64,000 nt of DNA from Octopus sinensis. Taxonomy: Eukaryota. Location: assembly GCF_006345805.1 (NCBI RefSeq), contig NC_043006.1, forward strand, positions 89,900,001 through 89,964,000, read 5' to 3'. The stretch's first letter is position 1. Every line of letters starts with the position of its first letter. Shown here in pieces: positions 50,364-63,475 of this stretch. The notes under the pieces are model-generated. The model did not search any database, was not told the origin of the DNA, and saw only the letters and a list, made by a program, of their open reading frames with translations. A program made the position numbers and the translations under genes.

Positions 50364-51609
50364 TCTCTTATTATAAAAGGCAGATTTTATCTGCCTCCCT
50401 TTGTCAGTTATAGAAATCTACAATATAGGATTTCTTCAATTACAATTTACCTAGCATTTTTAAGAGTAGAATGCATTGGGTCATGCCAGGTCCAGTTTTT
50501 AAAATTTAAACTCCAATTAAGCAAAATTTACAGAAAAATCACATTCTGGTGTGTATGTCAAATGCTTTTCTTAGTCTCGTTTACAGCACACGCAAACGCA
50601 CACACACAGTGTGTAACAAATAAAGTGAAACTAATTCACTGCATGTGTGTTGACAGGTAGACAATAGAATGCGATGGCGTTGGCGATGTAATATTTGTTT
50701 CTGTCTATCACGCTGATAGATACATGAGTAAAATGTATGGCAAGCTAAGAGATAAGAGTGAGTGAAAATGTTCTTGGAAGAGAGTAAATAGCGACAGAGT
50801 GATTTGAGGAAGACTAAACTGAAAGTATGAAACAGTGTTTATGTATAAACAGACGACACTTATATATAGTTATGTATGCATCCGTTTAACCCTTTCGTTA
50901 CCAAACCGCCCGAATTTACCTATTCATATTTAAATGAGAATATCAGAGTAAATCTCTTTAGTACATTCGTGAAAACACGTATTATACTTCGTAAACACTT
51001 CAAATACAGTTTTGTACAAAAATCGAAGTGTAATTTTAATTCCGTGAATTATGGGAGATTTTTTTCCGAAATTTGTTCCTATTGTGTTTTCAAAATTTGT
51101 AATTCTGACAAAAAATGGATACGAATTTCATTATATCAAGCAGCGAGTCAGAATTCGAAGGATTTTCTACTGAAGACCTTCATAAATCTAACTCTATGAC
51201 TGAAAAAAAAAAGCATCTTTATATAAGAGTGAAGTTGTGTGTCTGTCTCCTACGATTTAGATTCGTAACTACTCCCACATTTTGTGGTGCAGTTTAACCA
51301 AAACAGGGTATCTTATAGTCGTGATTCATATCGAGCCCTTCTGGGTATTAGCGCGTGTCTACGATGAGTCTACGATTTAAAAAAATTTACCATCATATTT
51401 TTCCATTTTAATGCATTTTTTTCGCTTTTATATAAGGGAAGTAACTCTCTAAAAATATCTACGATGTGTCAACGATTTAAAAAAAAAATTTACCTTAATT
51501 TTTTTCAATTTTTAATGCATTTTTTTGCTATTTTTTGGCTATAACTCTCTAAAAATGCTTATATAGTTATTTCCCTTACAACCCGAGCAACGCCGGGCGA
51601 TACTGCTAG
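50364..51609 (+). mobile_element. Composite non-autonomous Helitron (1246 bp)
   Basis: A|TC 5' end at 50364, CTAG|T 3' end at 51606-51609, hairpin cccg-a-gc-aac-gc-cggg at 51582-51597, no TSD; removal restores the PLE frame QYLP|FNSCHP; second TC 5' end at 51216. Confidence 0.9.
50886..51210 (+). mobile_element. piggyBac-like left end inside the Helitron
   Basis: TTAA followed by CCCTTTCG; downstream MDTNFIISSSESEFEGFSTEDL resembles the acidic piggyBac transposase N-terminus. Confidence 0.45.
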
Positions 51610-51885
51610 TGGAAGATATTGCTTGGAATCTGTAGGCTTATAGTATATATATCTGTTTCTGTTGCGTTATTAGATTTATTAATGAGGATGTCAAGGAAGG
51701 AGAGTTGTTGCTGACTATATTCCATCGTGAATTGGATGTTTACGTCAAGTCCTTTTAAAAGTGCTAGGAATTCTTTAAGTTTCTCTATATTTTCATGCCA
51801 AAGAATGAAACAGTCATCTAGGTATCTCTTCCAGTTGTTTTCTATGTAGAGGGAGAAAGGACTGCCATATCTTTCTAGAACCTTA
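51610..51885 (-). mobile_element. Penelope-like element: RT core, 5'-truncated
   Basis: WKRYLDDCFILW..IQFTMEYS..LSFLDILI..ETDI(+2 frameshift)YYKPTDSKQYLP. Confidence 0.9.
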
Positions 51886-52899
51886 TGATATATATATATA
51901 TATATATTTAAAAGAAGAAAATAAATGATGATTAGGAAGTTAATAATTATTTTTTATTAACAACAAATTGGTCATCTTCGCTTCTTACAGCTGTCTCAAT
52001 TAATGCTCAATAATTAAATTACTAATCTGTACATTAGATTTACATTTATGTGACATGAGTATAATTTCATCATTTAACATCCGTCTTCCATGCTGGCATG
52101 GGTTGGATGGTTCGACAGAAACTGCTAAACCAGAGGATTGTGCCAAGCTCCACTGTCTACTTTGGCATGGGTTTTAGAGTTGGATGCCCCTTCCTAACAC
52201 CAACAGCTTTACAATGTGAACTAGGTGCTTCATATATACATATATTGCATCTGAGTGGTCATAATGCCACTCATATTGTGAGTTCAATTCCTGAACTGGG
52301 TAGTACTTTGTACTCTTGAGCTAGGCGCTTCATTCCATGTTGCTCCTGTTAATTCAGCTGTAATGAGTACCAGCTATATGCTGGGACAGAGGCTGTGTAC
52401 CTAAACAATTAGCAATGGCATGGCACAATTCACCAAACCATTCTTGCTTGTGTGTGACATCTGGTTCTACTGCAGTACTTCATTCTTCATCACTGTCATC
52501 ATTTAACATATTTCCATGCTTGCATGGGTCAGGCAGAACTTGTTGAGGCAGATTTTCTATGGCTGGATGCCTTTTCTGTCACCAACCCATACCTGTTTCC
52601 AAATTTGGTAATATTTTCCTATAACCTGATATGTTTATCACAGAAGATTAGAAATAAACAACACTGCTTGTATGATGGTGATGCTCATTTACAACCATAT
52701 GATGTCAGAACAAAGATACAAACATGCACAGCTTTCTCTTCTCTCTTCCTCTGTGTGTGTTTGTATATATATATATATATATGCATGTGTGTGTACATGT
52801 GTGGTTGGAATTTACAAAAAAAAAATGAAACAAAAGACAAAGACAGGTGTGTAAACAACAAACAGGTATATTAGTTTAATGCTTGGGAAGTGAGAAAGT

Positions 52900-52928
52900 C
52901 TTTTACGTTTCGAGCCTACACTCTTCAA
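52900..52928 (-). ncRNA. Truncated copy of the minimal hammerhead-like motif at 9329-9364
   Basis: Minus: ..uuga A gagu-guag-gcuc GAA ACGU A aaag; flanks 52830-52927 match 9262-9355. Confidence 0.5.
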
Positions 52929-53564
52929 TATACATTATGACAGGTTTCTTTTAGTTGCTGTCTCTCTCAAATCCACCCACAAGACATAGCTTGACCTGGG
53001 ACTGCAGTGTGTCTCTCTGCCAATAACATCAATGAGGTTAGTGGTCTTCATCCTCTTCCAAAGTGTGAAACTCTCCAGAATATGACATGGTCTCTTCTTC
53101 AGTACAACAATAGTGACCAAACCATTCTTGCTTAGAAATGGGTGAAAGTGTGTGTCTGTAAAGCTCCTTGTTGGTTTTGTGCTCATGCCATGGGGCCCTG
53201 AGTTTTCATGTAAAGCTGAGTGTATATAGCATGAAGGCAAGCAACATGTTAATGCATATACATACATTCTCACCAATGTCTGCTGTAGACTTCTCCAAAT
53301 ATAGTTAGTTACCAAAATGTGTTTATTTCACAGTCAATTGTATCACAATCGTTGCTGTTTTCTGCTGCCACAGCCACCACCAACTTCACCACCACCACTA
53401 CCACCGCCACTACTATCACCATCACCATCAATGTTCTTGTCATTACAATATTTACCATTCTTATAGATATTCTCTTTTCTATGCAATATTTTAGTTTAAG
53501 CCATCATGAAGAGTATGATTTATCATTCTTCTGCTTGCTGCTGCTGCTGTTGTTGTTGTTGTTG

Positions 53565-53596
<32 letters not shown>

Positions 53597-53693
53597 TCCA
53601 TAGGTAAAAAAAAAAGATTAAAAGGAATGTTTTGAAGTTGTGAGAGATACCACTGCCATCAATTTGAATATAAATAACACAAAATTATAACAG

Positions 53694-53733
<40 letters not shown>

Positions 53734-53924
53734 CTATTTATCTATCTGTGTACACACACACACACATTATTTACATTCATTATATACAAATGCATATGCT
53801 CACATAGACATACATGCATATGAAAGAGTAAACTAAATCAATTCTCTATAGTTATTCCTGCCACAAAGAATATATTCTGTAGATCTGATTTAAATCAGCT
53901 GTGTAGCATTTCTTGCAAAGATAC

Positions 53925-54090
53925 ATACATACATATATATATATACACACACACACATATATACAGATACATAATACATACATATATATATATACACACA
54001 CACATATATATACAGATACATAATACATACATATATATATATACACACACACATATATATACAGATACATAATACATACATATATATATA
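53925..54090. repeat. Compound minisatellite (~45-bp unit, about 4 copies)
   Basis: Repeated tacagatacataatacatac with (AC)n/(AT)n spacers. Confidence 0.9.
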
Positions 54091-54111
54091 TGTGTGTATG
54101 TTTTATGTATG

Positions 54112-54142
<31 letters not shown>

Positions 54143-57100
54143 ATATACATATATGTGTGTGTGTGTGTGTGTGTGGAGAGAGACAGAGACAGAGAAAGAG
54201 ATGGAGAGAGATGTTTACTTATTTAAACTGATAGAGACACAGACACTGATATCTTACTTAAAAGAGATGAAAGATGGTGAAGAAATAAAGGAATATTAAC
54301 GAAGAAAAGACGTTTTACTGATAAGACAAACAATAGCAAATTATTATTGACTGCAAGAAGGCTTTGATATTCACCAACAAGACATTAACATTAACCAGCA
54401 AAGTCGAGCTGATATTAGACTACATTACTTACAATTTACACTAGAAACATGATAATTTACCACCCGTTTTTATTTCTACGATAACATGGCATTATCCAGA
54501 GTTAATTTTATTTTCTTACATAACTTTTTAGATGTGTTTTTTTTTAGTTTTTATCAATGTTTCATGCCTATTAGACATTATTATTAGTGTTGTAAATCTG
54601 ATGATCTTGTTGCACGGATGGTGACATCTTTCCGATGTTGTTGTAAGCACTTTATTTAAATAGTACACCACAGAAAATTACAGCCATTCAATGAAAATGA
54701 AAAATTCCACCAAAATTTCTAAGATGTTTCAATCCAGAACACTCCTAAGCCAAAACGTACAAGCCTTTTGTCTTCTGAACAAAAAGACGAAAAGACAACA
54801 GACCAAAAATAAAGAAAAGAAAAGAAAAAGAAGTATAAAACGATAGCAACTATATTAATTTCAAAGCATTAGTTGAGAGCAGAATTTTAACTATAGTGAA
54901 GTTAATTAACTCAACGAACCATTACTGCACAGTAAAGATAATAAGGCATGACTCAAAGACATTGTAAATTGTTATTATCTTATACTGCAGATAAACTACA
55001 ACTTTTTAGTAGACGAAAGCAGCTGTCAGATCTCAACCAGTGTCAAGAAAGAACTACATCCAACAGACATTACAAATTATTGCTCACAATAGTTGGAGAG
55101 ATATTGGAAATGTGAAGAGAAACCAGAATCTAACACGTGAATGGAAAACATCGGATGCTGTTATTTCCCAGGGGCACATCGGGAACAGTAATTCTGCCAG
55201 TGATACCAAACACTATTAGATTTCAACAAATTTTCTCATCTTCCCCTTCCAAGAATTAACCCAAAATGTTTAATTAATGAGATTCTAACTAATCTATAAG
55301 AAAGCAAAATATTCACATGATTTCACTTCCTGTCCTTTAAGTAGTTGGTGGAAAAACTATTGTTTTGTTAATTCAAAAATATTCTTTATTCAAAAAAAAA
55401 GTTTAAATGGTGGCAATTAATGAAGCAAAGTGGCATTTAGAGGAATACTTGCAGTTTATAATAATGCTTCTTGTCTGTAGTTTCAATGGTTGTCTGTAGT
55501 GTTAATGGTTGTCTTATAGTATTGCTGGTTGTCTGTAGTAATGCAGACATGTTTATCACAGAAGACTAGAAACAAACAACACTGCTTGTGTGATGATGAT
55601 GTTCAATTTACAACCACCATGCTGGTTATCTACAGGCATGACTGTGGGGTTAAGAAATTTGCTTCCTAACCCCATGGTTATAAGTGTGTGTGTGTATGTC
55701 CCCTTCTCATGACAGTGTGTGTTAATTGTAAATATGAGTCATTATTATAGAAATAGTGTCATTCCTATCCAATATTCTGCAAAAACATGTCTGGCCATGG
55801 GGAAATATCCCGTTTGGAAACAGGTGAAGGTTGGTGACAGGAAGGGCATCCGGCCATAGAAAATCTTCCTCAATAAATCCTGTCTGATCTAAGCAAGCAA
55901 GCATGGGAAAATAAATGTTAAAACAAAGATGATGATGATGTGATTTGAGAAATGAAATTTTGCTGCTATTTCTAGTAGATCAATGGATCATGTTGCAGTA
56001 TTTCTCTTGAAATGTGGCCAAAGAAACAGAAACAGTTGAGCACAAATGAGGCCCAACAAGAACTGCTGGTATTAGATAACATCATGTTTATTGTCAATTG
56101 ATGCTGTGAGGGACTACTACTACTACTACTACTACTGGAGTCTCTATGGGGCTGATCAATCTGCTTCATACAGCAACTAAATTCTCTCAAATCATTCCAT
56201 GCCTTAGTAACAAAATAAGGAAGTCCACAGTTGGTAAGATCTGCTAAAACAGATAAGATGGTCATGGATGGAATGCATTTGATGATAGCTTAGGCATGCT
56301 GGATCTGAAATGAACCACCACCACTACAACAACTACAACGAAATAAAGATCAATTGACGAGACTAAAATGTTATAATTAAAACACATCCAACTTGGATTC
56401 GAAACAATATTTTTCCAAAGTTATATCTCACTAGGTTCAAGAAAAATGGTTCCTGTCATTCCGACCAATAAACTTCATGCAATGAAACTATTTTCAGAAG
56501 TTGCTGCAGCAATTTTAACATTTCTTCTTTCTTTCTTTAAATGTGGTTTGTTGTTGTCATTGTTGTTCTTGTTATTGCTGTTGCTGTGTCTCTGTCAGAC
56601 ATGTAACAAAGCTAAACTTGTCATTTACTAAAAACAACTGCAAAAACTTCCTCCATTCTTAAAGAAAATCTTTGTTCCATATCTTGATGTTTTACAACAG
56701 CAATTGGGTTTTGTCTTCAGTCATTGTACAATCAAACAACAAGTCTGTGATACATTTAGAAAACACAACCAAAGCAGAAAGGAATGGTAATAATTCTGCT
56801 AAATTTCTTTTGTTTGGAGTTAGTCAAACAAAGGACAGTAACCAAAAATCTGTTGAACATTAAATATATCCAAATCTCTCTGTCTGTCTGTAAATGTATA
56901 CATTCATCTATCCATCCATGTGACAGACAGTACACACACACATACACACACACATACACACACACACACACATACACACACACACATACATACATGGCTG
57001 TCTCATTAAGAAGCTTACTTTGCAACCAAGTGATCTCAGGTTCAGTTCCAGTGGCTGGTGGCTAAATTTTGTCAACAGAATCAGTAGGAAGCCTGTTGCT

Positions 57101-57288
57101 TATGTTTATATCATCATCATCATCATCACCATCTTAATGTCTACTTTTCCAATGCTTATATGGAGCAAACGATGGTTACTGATGCAAATTTCCTACACCT
57201 GGATGCTCTTCCTGTCACTAACCTTTACCTTCCATAGAAAATATTTCCCAGTGGCTAGACATGTTTTTGCAAATAGATAACACTCATT

Positions 57289-58174
57289 TGTGAGGTGGTA
57301 TCAAAACGTTCTCAGAGTAGTTCTACAGCATGTCAACAGATGGTGGCACATGGTCATTGCACAGTGAAAGCCAGAAGTGACTTTCACGAGGCAGCGTGTT
57401 GAGTGACATCACTGTGTTTACTTTGCAAGTTGTGAAATTTATGTCCACATGTGTGCTGTCATCTGCAATTTTGTCATGAACAGGAACAAAAAGCCAACAT
57501 GAAATTTTGCATTAAACTTGGGAAGTCTGCTACAGAGACAATGAGCATGCTTTGGCAAGATTATGGTGACGATGAGGCAATGGGTTGTGCAGAATGTTTT
57601 GAGTGGCACAGGTGCTTCAAAAGTGGAAGAATGTCCCTGGAAGATAAGCGATCTGGAAGACCTGCCATGATTGTCACTCCACCCACCAGAAATATGGTAT
57701 TGTGCATTAAAAACTTCATCCTCCAGGGCCCAACCATCAATCAAGAGTTCTGCTGTGACTTTTGAAAACATTTGTCAGAAGACATTCAGTGAAAGCAACG
57801 GAATCTGTGAAGTGTGAAGAACTGGATTCTTCACGACGACAACGCACCTTGTCACCAAGCTCTCCTTATTTGTGAGTTTCTCACCCAAAACAACATGGTA
57901 TCACTTCTGCACCTGCTCTATTCACCAGATTTAGCACCTGATGTAAAGGTTGCCATTTAAACATCGTTGTCAAGATCCAGAACGAATCACCAAAGGCCTC
58001 AACTCACTTATGAAAAACAACTTCCAGGTCAGATTCCAAAAGTGGCAAGAATGCTGGAACCGGTGTATTGCTGTGCAAGGTGACTATTTCGAAAGAGATG
58101 ATGGTAAAATTTAGGTAAATAAGGTATTTTGTATTAAACATAACCAATCTGGGAACTTTTTGACAATAATCATA
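57289..58174 (+). mobile_element. Mariner transposon, internally deleted
   Basis: EQKANMKFCIKLGKSATET..FEWHRCFKSGR..RSGRP, then NWILHDDNAP and YSPDLAP; degenerate TIRs (tcaaaacgttctcaga and tctgggaactttttga). Confidence 0.9.
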
Positions 58175-58939
58175 CACTGCCAAGACAAAATGACACAAAC
58201 ATACACACGTTCACACATATACAATTAACAGAACATGTTGACAGACAGACAGATAGATAGACAGATAGATAGCAGAATGTTATGTAAACAGGGTTAAAAT
58301 TCAAGTTGGGTCATCTTGAAGCACATGTGCCTATTCCGGTATTCCAAATCCAGATTTAGATATTTTATTTGTGCAAGGTATGCATAAGAAGTGAAAATTC
58401 TGGTAAATATTTCCTGTAAAGAAATAATAACGAAAGAGGAGACTGGAAAATTTTTTGGTAAAATTTATTCACCATTATACATGTTTTATTTGGTAATAGG
58501 AGAATATAAAACTGCACATGTGGTAGAAACATGTAAGATATCTCCTATCAGAAATTCTAGGAGTATTATATCTAGCTGGATATATAATTTGAACAGGAAA
58601 TTATCATATATTCAGATTCAGATTTCTCTGTGGTGAACAGGTTGCTTCCCCAATCAAAAAGCTGTCAATGTTGCTTTGCTTCTGTGTTTTTTTTCCATCC
58701 TATCCCTATGACTATATTCAGTGGGTAGTGACAGGTGAAAAGGGAACACACACACACAGATGCACATATAATGCCAGAAAGTTTGGTGGACAAATGCTAG
58801 TTTTCTATATTGGGAGGCTATAAAGGCATTTATAGGAGATGACATTATTTTACTAATAAAAAACTGTTTTAACAAACATCCACACGCAATGAGAGCAACA
58901 CCAAAGCAAGTATTAAGAGTATATGTGAGTGTGTGTCCT

Positions 58940-59070
58940 TTCATCCAAAGTGGTGAGACCTGTGATGCAGTAGTGAGGACCGATCTCAGGATGTTGGGCC
59001 TCATGAAGGAGATGACAATGGACAGAGATACCTGACAGTATGAGGTGCTTGTGAAGACCCACCCACTTCA
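58940..59070 (+). mobile_element. RTE LINE extreme 3' fragment
   Basis: ..DAVVRTDLRMLGLMKEMTMDRDT..VLVKT, equivalent to the end of 32280-32727. Confidence 0.65.
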
Positions 59071-59551
59071 ACAAAACTGAGTTCTAGAAGTGCTGCGTGT
59101 TCCATCCACACACAACAATAAAACTTTTCACACACTCAACCTCAACAAACCAAACCAAACCACAACTCTTCCTCTTCCTCACATTTCCTCTTTTCATACA
59201 ACTAGACATGTACCTCTCACTCTCCTGTCCTCATTGCTCTGCTCATTGTATCATTGCTATCCTCATGTCCTCCTCTATACACCCAGGTTTCACCACACAC
59301 TATATTCCCCACCCTCACACTCTTTGCATTCACGTGGAGTCTCTACTCCCTACTCATACACCTTTGGCAATACCCTACCATCAATATTCTGCACTCTGCC
59401 ATATCATGAGGGTATGCCCAGGCACTTCACCACCATCTGTCCCTTACTTGCCTTACTCTACCATCCCCATTTATATTCTAATCCACATTGCTTGTGAGCA
59501 TGCCCTCACACTCCACCACCATCTCTCTCTCTTTAATGGTTGTGATAAGGA

Positions 59552-59783
59552 AGGCGGTGAGCTGGCAGAGTCGTTAGCACACCGGGCAAAATGCTTGGCT
59601 GTATTTTGTCTGCTGTTACATTCTGAGTTCAAATTCTGCAGAGGTTGACTTTGCCTTTCATCCTTTCAGGGTCAATTAAATAAGTACCAGTTATGCACTG
59701 AGGTCGATATAATCGACTTAATCTGTTTGTCTGTCCTTGTTTGTCCTCTCTGTGTTTAGCCCCTTGGGGGTAGTAAAGAAATA
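59552..59783 (+). mobile_element. Full-length tRNA-SINE family B with target-site duplication
   Basis: A and B boxes; ggttgtgataaggaaggc at 59538-59555 and 59784-59801; tail resembles the Tx1-like 3' end. Confidence 0.9.
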
Positions 59784-60360
59784 GGTTGTGATAAGGAAGG
59801 CTAGTCTCAGCGATGCAGTCTTTTCTATGTTGCAGAAAGTGATGCTGACAGGCAGAGGTGACTATAGTAACCAGAGGAAAGACAAGCTGAGGAAAGGACA
59901 TTTATAGGTCAGATGTAGTTGTTAATGTCATTGTTTTATCTCAGGTAAATCTTGATCAAAAGCATTCCACCCTTGACCATCCTGTCATTTTCGTATGCAC
60001 AGATATCTCCGGACCACAGTATTCAACATAATCTTTTCTAAGATGAGTGTGATTTGAGGAAGATTTGATTGCCATTTCCAGCAAATCAAGCAACCACATC
60101 ATGTAGAAGCTCTTCATTGGCTTGCTGGTCAAAAGCTGGAGTGTGTTTGTTGGTGAGTGACTTCCTGCCAATCAGTTGGGAAGGTTTTGCCAAGAACAGA
60201 ACTTTGAAGAGTGCATATGTTCAAAGCATTTAGGACATAATCCTTGGAATCTAGAACTGGATAATTTGGTTATCAAAGAGCATGGCCTTTTCGAATTTGA
60301 CTCGCATTTTAATGATCTCTGGCACTGATCAAAAGAATTCAACAGCATTTATTTTGGCAG

Positions 60361-60378
60361 AACTGGAACTGAATGTCG
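60361..60378 (+). other. Candidate 18-nt micro-exon
   Basis: tttattttggcag|AACTGGAACTGAATGTCG|gtaagt; branch-like ctgat at 60325-60329. Confidence 0.25.
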
Positions 60379-60466
60379 GTAAGTCCCATTGAAACAGTAG
60401 ACTGAGGAGGTGAGAGAGAAAGAGAAGGGGAAAAAATGTGAAGATAATTTAATAAAGTGTGTGCAC

Positions 60467-60504
<38 letters not shown>

Positions 60505-61198
60505 GACGGACTGATAACAAGACAAATAGATGGACAGAAATAGAAAATTCCCGGAAATATGGGGAGGGGGAGAGACAGATAAACATAGAGATAAATAGGT
60601 AGACAGACGTATGAATGGAGAGATAAATGGATGGCTTGTTAGAAGGAAATAAAGATAGACAGACAGAGCAAGAGAGGAGAGAGGGAGGAGGGAAATAGAC
60701 AGAGTGATTCAAGTAAAGAGCTATTTCAGTGAGAATATAGTCGAAAGAGAAGGATTACGATGCTTAACGAGATTGTATGGCAGATGAGAAGATGGTTTGA
60801 TATTTATCAAAGTCTTCATTTTGATACACAATGACATGAATAAGTGGAGCAATCGTAGAGGACCACAACTCTTGAATAATCAAATCTAGATTTTTTGGTT
60901 TTGTCTTTTGGTATTTTGTCATCATCAGTTGAAGCAGATATTACAGAACTGCAGAGGCCATTTTATGTACAAATGGTTATTTTAGAATACAAAAAAAAAA
61001 ATGTTAAAAATAATAGAATATTGAAATAAATGAACAGATTAAAGAAAGTAAAATGTTGAGCTCTGATTTAATCACATGCTTTCACACACCCACACACACA
61101 TATGCATGTATAAATAAATACATTTGTGCATTTATGTGCACACACACATCTACAGAAAATAAACTAATTATACATGCATGTATATATAATTTAACATG

Positions 61199-62223
61199 GT
61201 TTGATTTGGCTCCATGCAACTTAAAGTTTCCTTGGTGTCTAACAAAAACCCATCTCTTTCAGGCTCAGATTACCAAAGGAAGAGGCAAAGGAAGTCCAAG
61301 GAGGCAACTGGAAAATAGGCTGCTATTGGTCAAGGCGGGTCACATGGTGTTGTTAGTGTAAGACCAATGAATCAACAACAGCTGTTTCATTAGAACCAGG
61401 AAACGTTTGGACCACATGATTGGACAGGAAGCTCAAGTGCTGTCGTCTATGGACCCACCCTCACATCAACCAGTGGCATCACATGACACTACATATGGTT
61501 TCATGGGGAAGTACACAGAGTACATGCACTTGCTTAGATGCAGGGATAGAAAGAATTCCTGTTATTTCTGGAATGCAACACCCAGCATTGAATGGACCAC
61601 CATCAATATGGTGTTCCCTTATTCACCTGGCACCTGTAATTTCCAGCTCTGTCTCTGTGAAAGACTGCATATCCTTCATCATCCTGCAGTATCAGTCAGC
61701 AAGAGATATGAACTATCCTATTGCTGCTACCAGAGGGATTCCTGGTGAACTTCAAACCACTGGCTGCCAACAACCCAGATATACCATCTTAACATTGGCT
61801 TCTCCAAAACCAAAGACAGGGTTTCCAACCACCAGTGTCTATGCAGACTGACCCCACAACCTTACACATCCCCTACAACCCCTACTTCCACCTCCATAAA
61901 CATGGCGTGTGCACATAAACACACACATCCACAAACACCTATGTGCACACACACACCTACACACAACCACGCATACATATGCATATACACAAATACACAC
62001 ACCTAAGTATGCACACTGCTCCTTCATCCCTTCCCCTGCATCACCAAACCTCAGTCCAACACCCATTTCTCACCCTCCCCACCCAGTCGTAGTGTTGCAA
62101 TCACTGTCATCTAACATACCCACATACTTGAACACCAAAAACATACATATATGTATATTTGTGTATGTATGTATATGTGTGCCCATGTGTGTATATATGT
62201 GAGTGTGCACATGTATATATGTA

Positions 62224-62257
<34 letters not shown>

Positions 62258-63041
62258 CATATTGATAATAGAAGGGTAAAATTAATCAATTAAATTAATT
62301 AATTAACAATTCTACCAAGTAGATCGGGACATTAAAATAACCTTTATAGGTAAAATTATCTACATAATTATAATTAGGTTTCAGCTAACTGCTTTACCAC
62401 ATACCGAAATTAGAAAAAGGAGTTAAACACCTTTTTCTAATTTTGGTATGTGGTATATACACCCACACACACCAGCCAAAAACACATACATGCATATGTG
62501 CACACATGCACACACACACACACACACACGTTCACACACTACACACATGTCCATATATGTATACTCCTTCCTCTTCCCCCCATGCCACCAGACCTCAATC
62601 GAATGCTTTCTCACTACGCCACCCCACAACACTGTTGCGACTACACTAGCATACATCTGTCACATTGACACACACAAATACCAGATCTGCCACACTAGCA
62701 TACATCTGTCACACCTGCACATATAAATACTAAAAGCATACACACACACCCTCACTCACTCCATGGCCTTGTTGTCTGCTGGCTCCCTGACACTTTGGTG
62801 TCACCAGCTTGCGATCCAGCCACACAGTCCAAGAAATTCACCTTTCTAATGAAACTGCTCTCACTGAAAATTGATCTTCCTCTAACAACACCATGTGACG
62901 ACCCACCTTGACCAATAGCAGCCCATTTTCCAGCAGCCTTCTTGGACTTTCTTGCCTCATCCTTCAGTAATCTAAGCCTGAAAGAGATGGGTTTTTGTTA
63001 GAAACCAGGGAAACTTTAGTCTGCATGGAACCAATTCAAAC
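61199..63041. repeat. Diverged ~200-bp inverted repeat pair (61199 to ~61395 and ~62843-63041)
   Basis: Shared blocks such as taacaaaaacccatctctttcaggct (26/26) and gctgctattggtcaagg. Confidence 0.85.
61400..61760 (+). mobile_element. Second PLE type: GIY-YIG C-terminal fragment
   Basis: YG..YTEYMHLLRCRDRKNS..PSIEWT..PYSPG..CNFQLCLCERLHIL..SKRYELSYCC, matching PLE endonucleases ending C.LCL.EK..NKR.EL..C. Confidence 0.6.
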
Positions 63042-63124
63042 TGTTTTCAATAATAATACACGGAACTCCTACTAAATGTATTGATTGCCCTTTTCTTTCC
63101 TTTGTGCACACACTCATATATATG

Positions 63125-63475
63125 TATTTGCTTCCCAACCACATGGTTCCAGGTTCAATCCCACCGATTGACATTTTGGATAAGTATCTTCTACTGTAGT
63201 CTTGGGCCGACCAACGCCTTGTAAGTGGATTGGGTTGATGGAGACTGGAAGAAGCCTGACGTATATATATAAATATATATATGTGTGTGTGTGTATGTGT
63301 CTTTGTGTCTGTGTTTGTCCCACCCCATCACTTGCCAACTGGTGCTGGTGCATTTACCACACTTAACAAAAGAATAAGTCCTGGGGTTGATTCATTTGAC
63401 AAAAAATTCTTCAAGGCGGTGCACCAGCATGGCCACAGTCTAATGACTAAAACAAGTAAAAATTAAAAGAAAGAT
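63125..63475 (+). mobile_element. SINE family A copy with internal deletion
   Basis: ttgcttcccaaccacatggttcc..gggccgacc..aaggcggtgcaccagcatggccacagtc. Confidence 0.7.

Noticed and set aside
59090-59480. 183-aa ORF 59097-59648 as a gene
   Set aside because: C/A-rich antisense of a probable decayed RTE fragment running into a SINE head.
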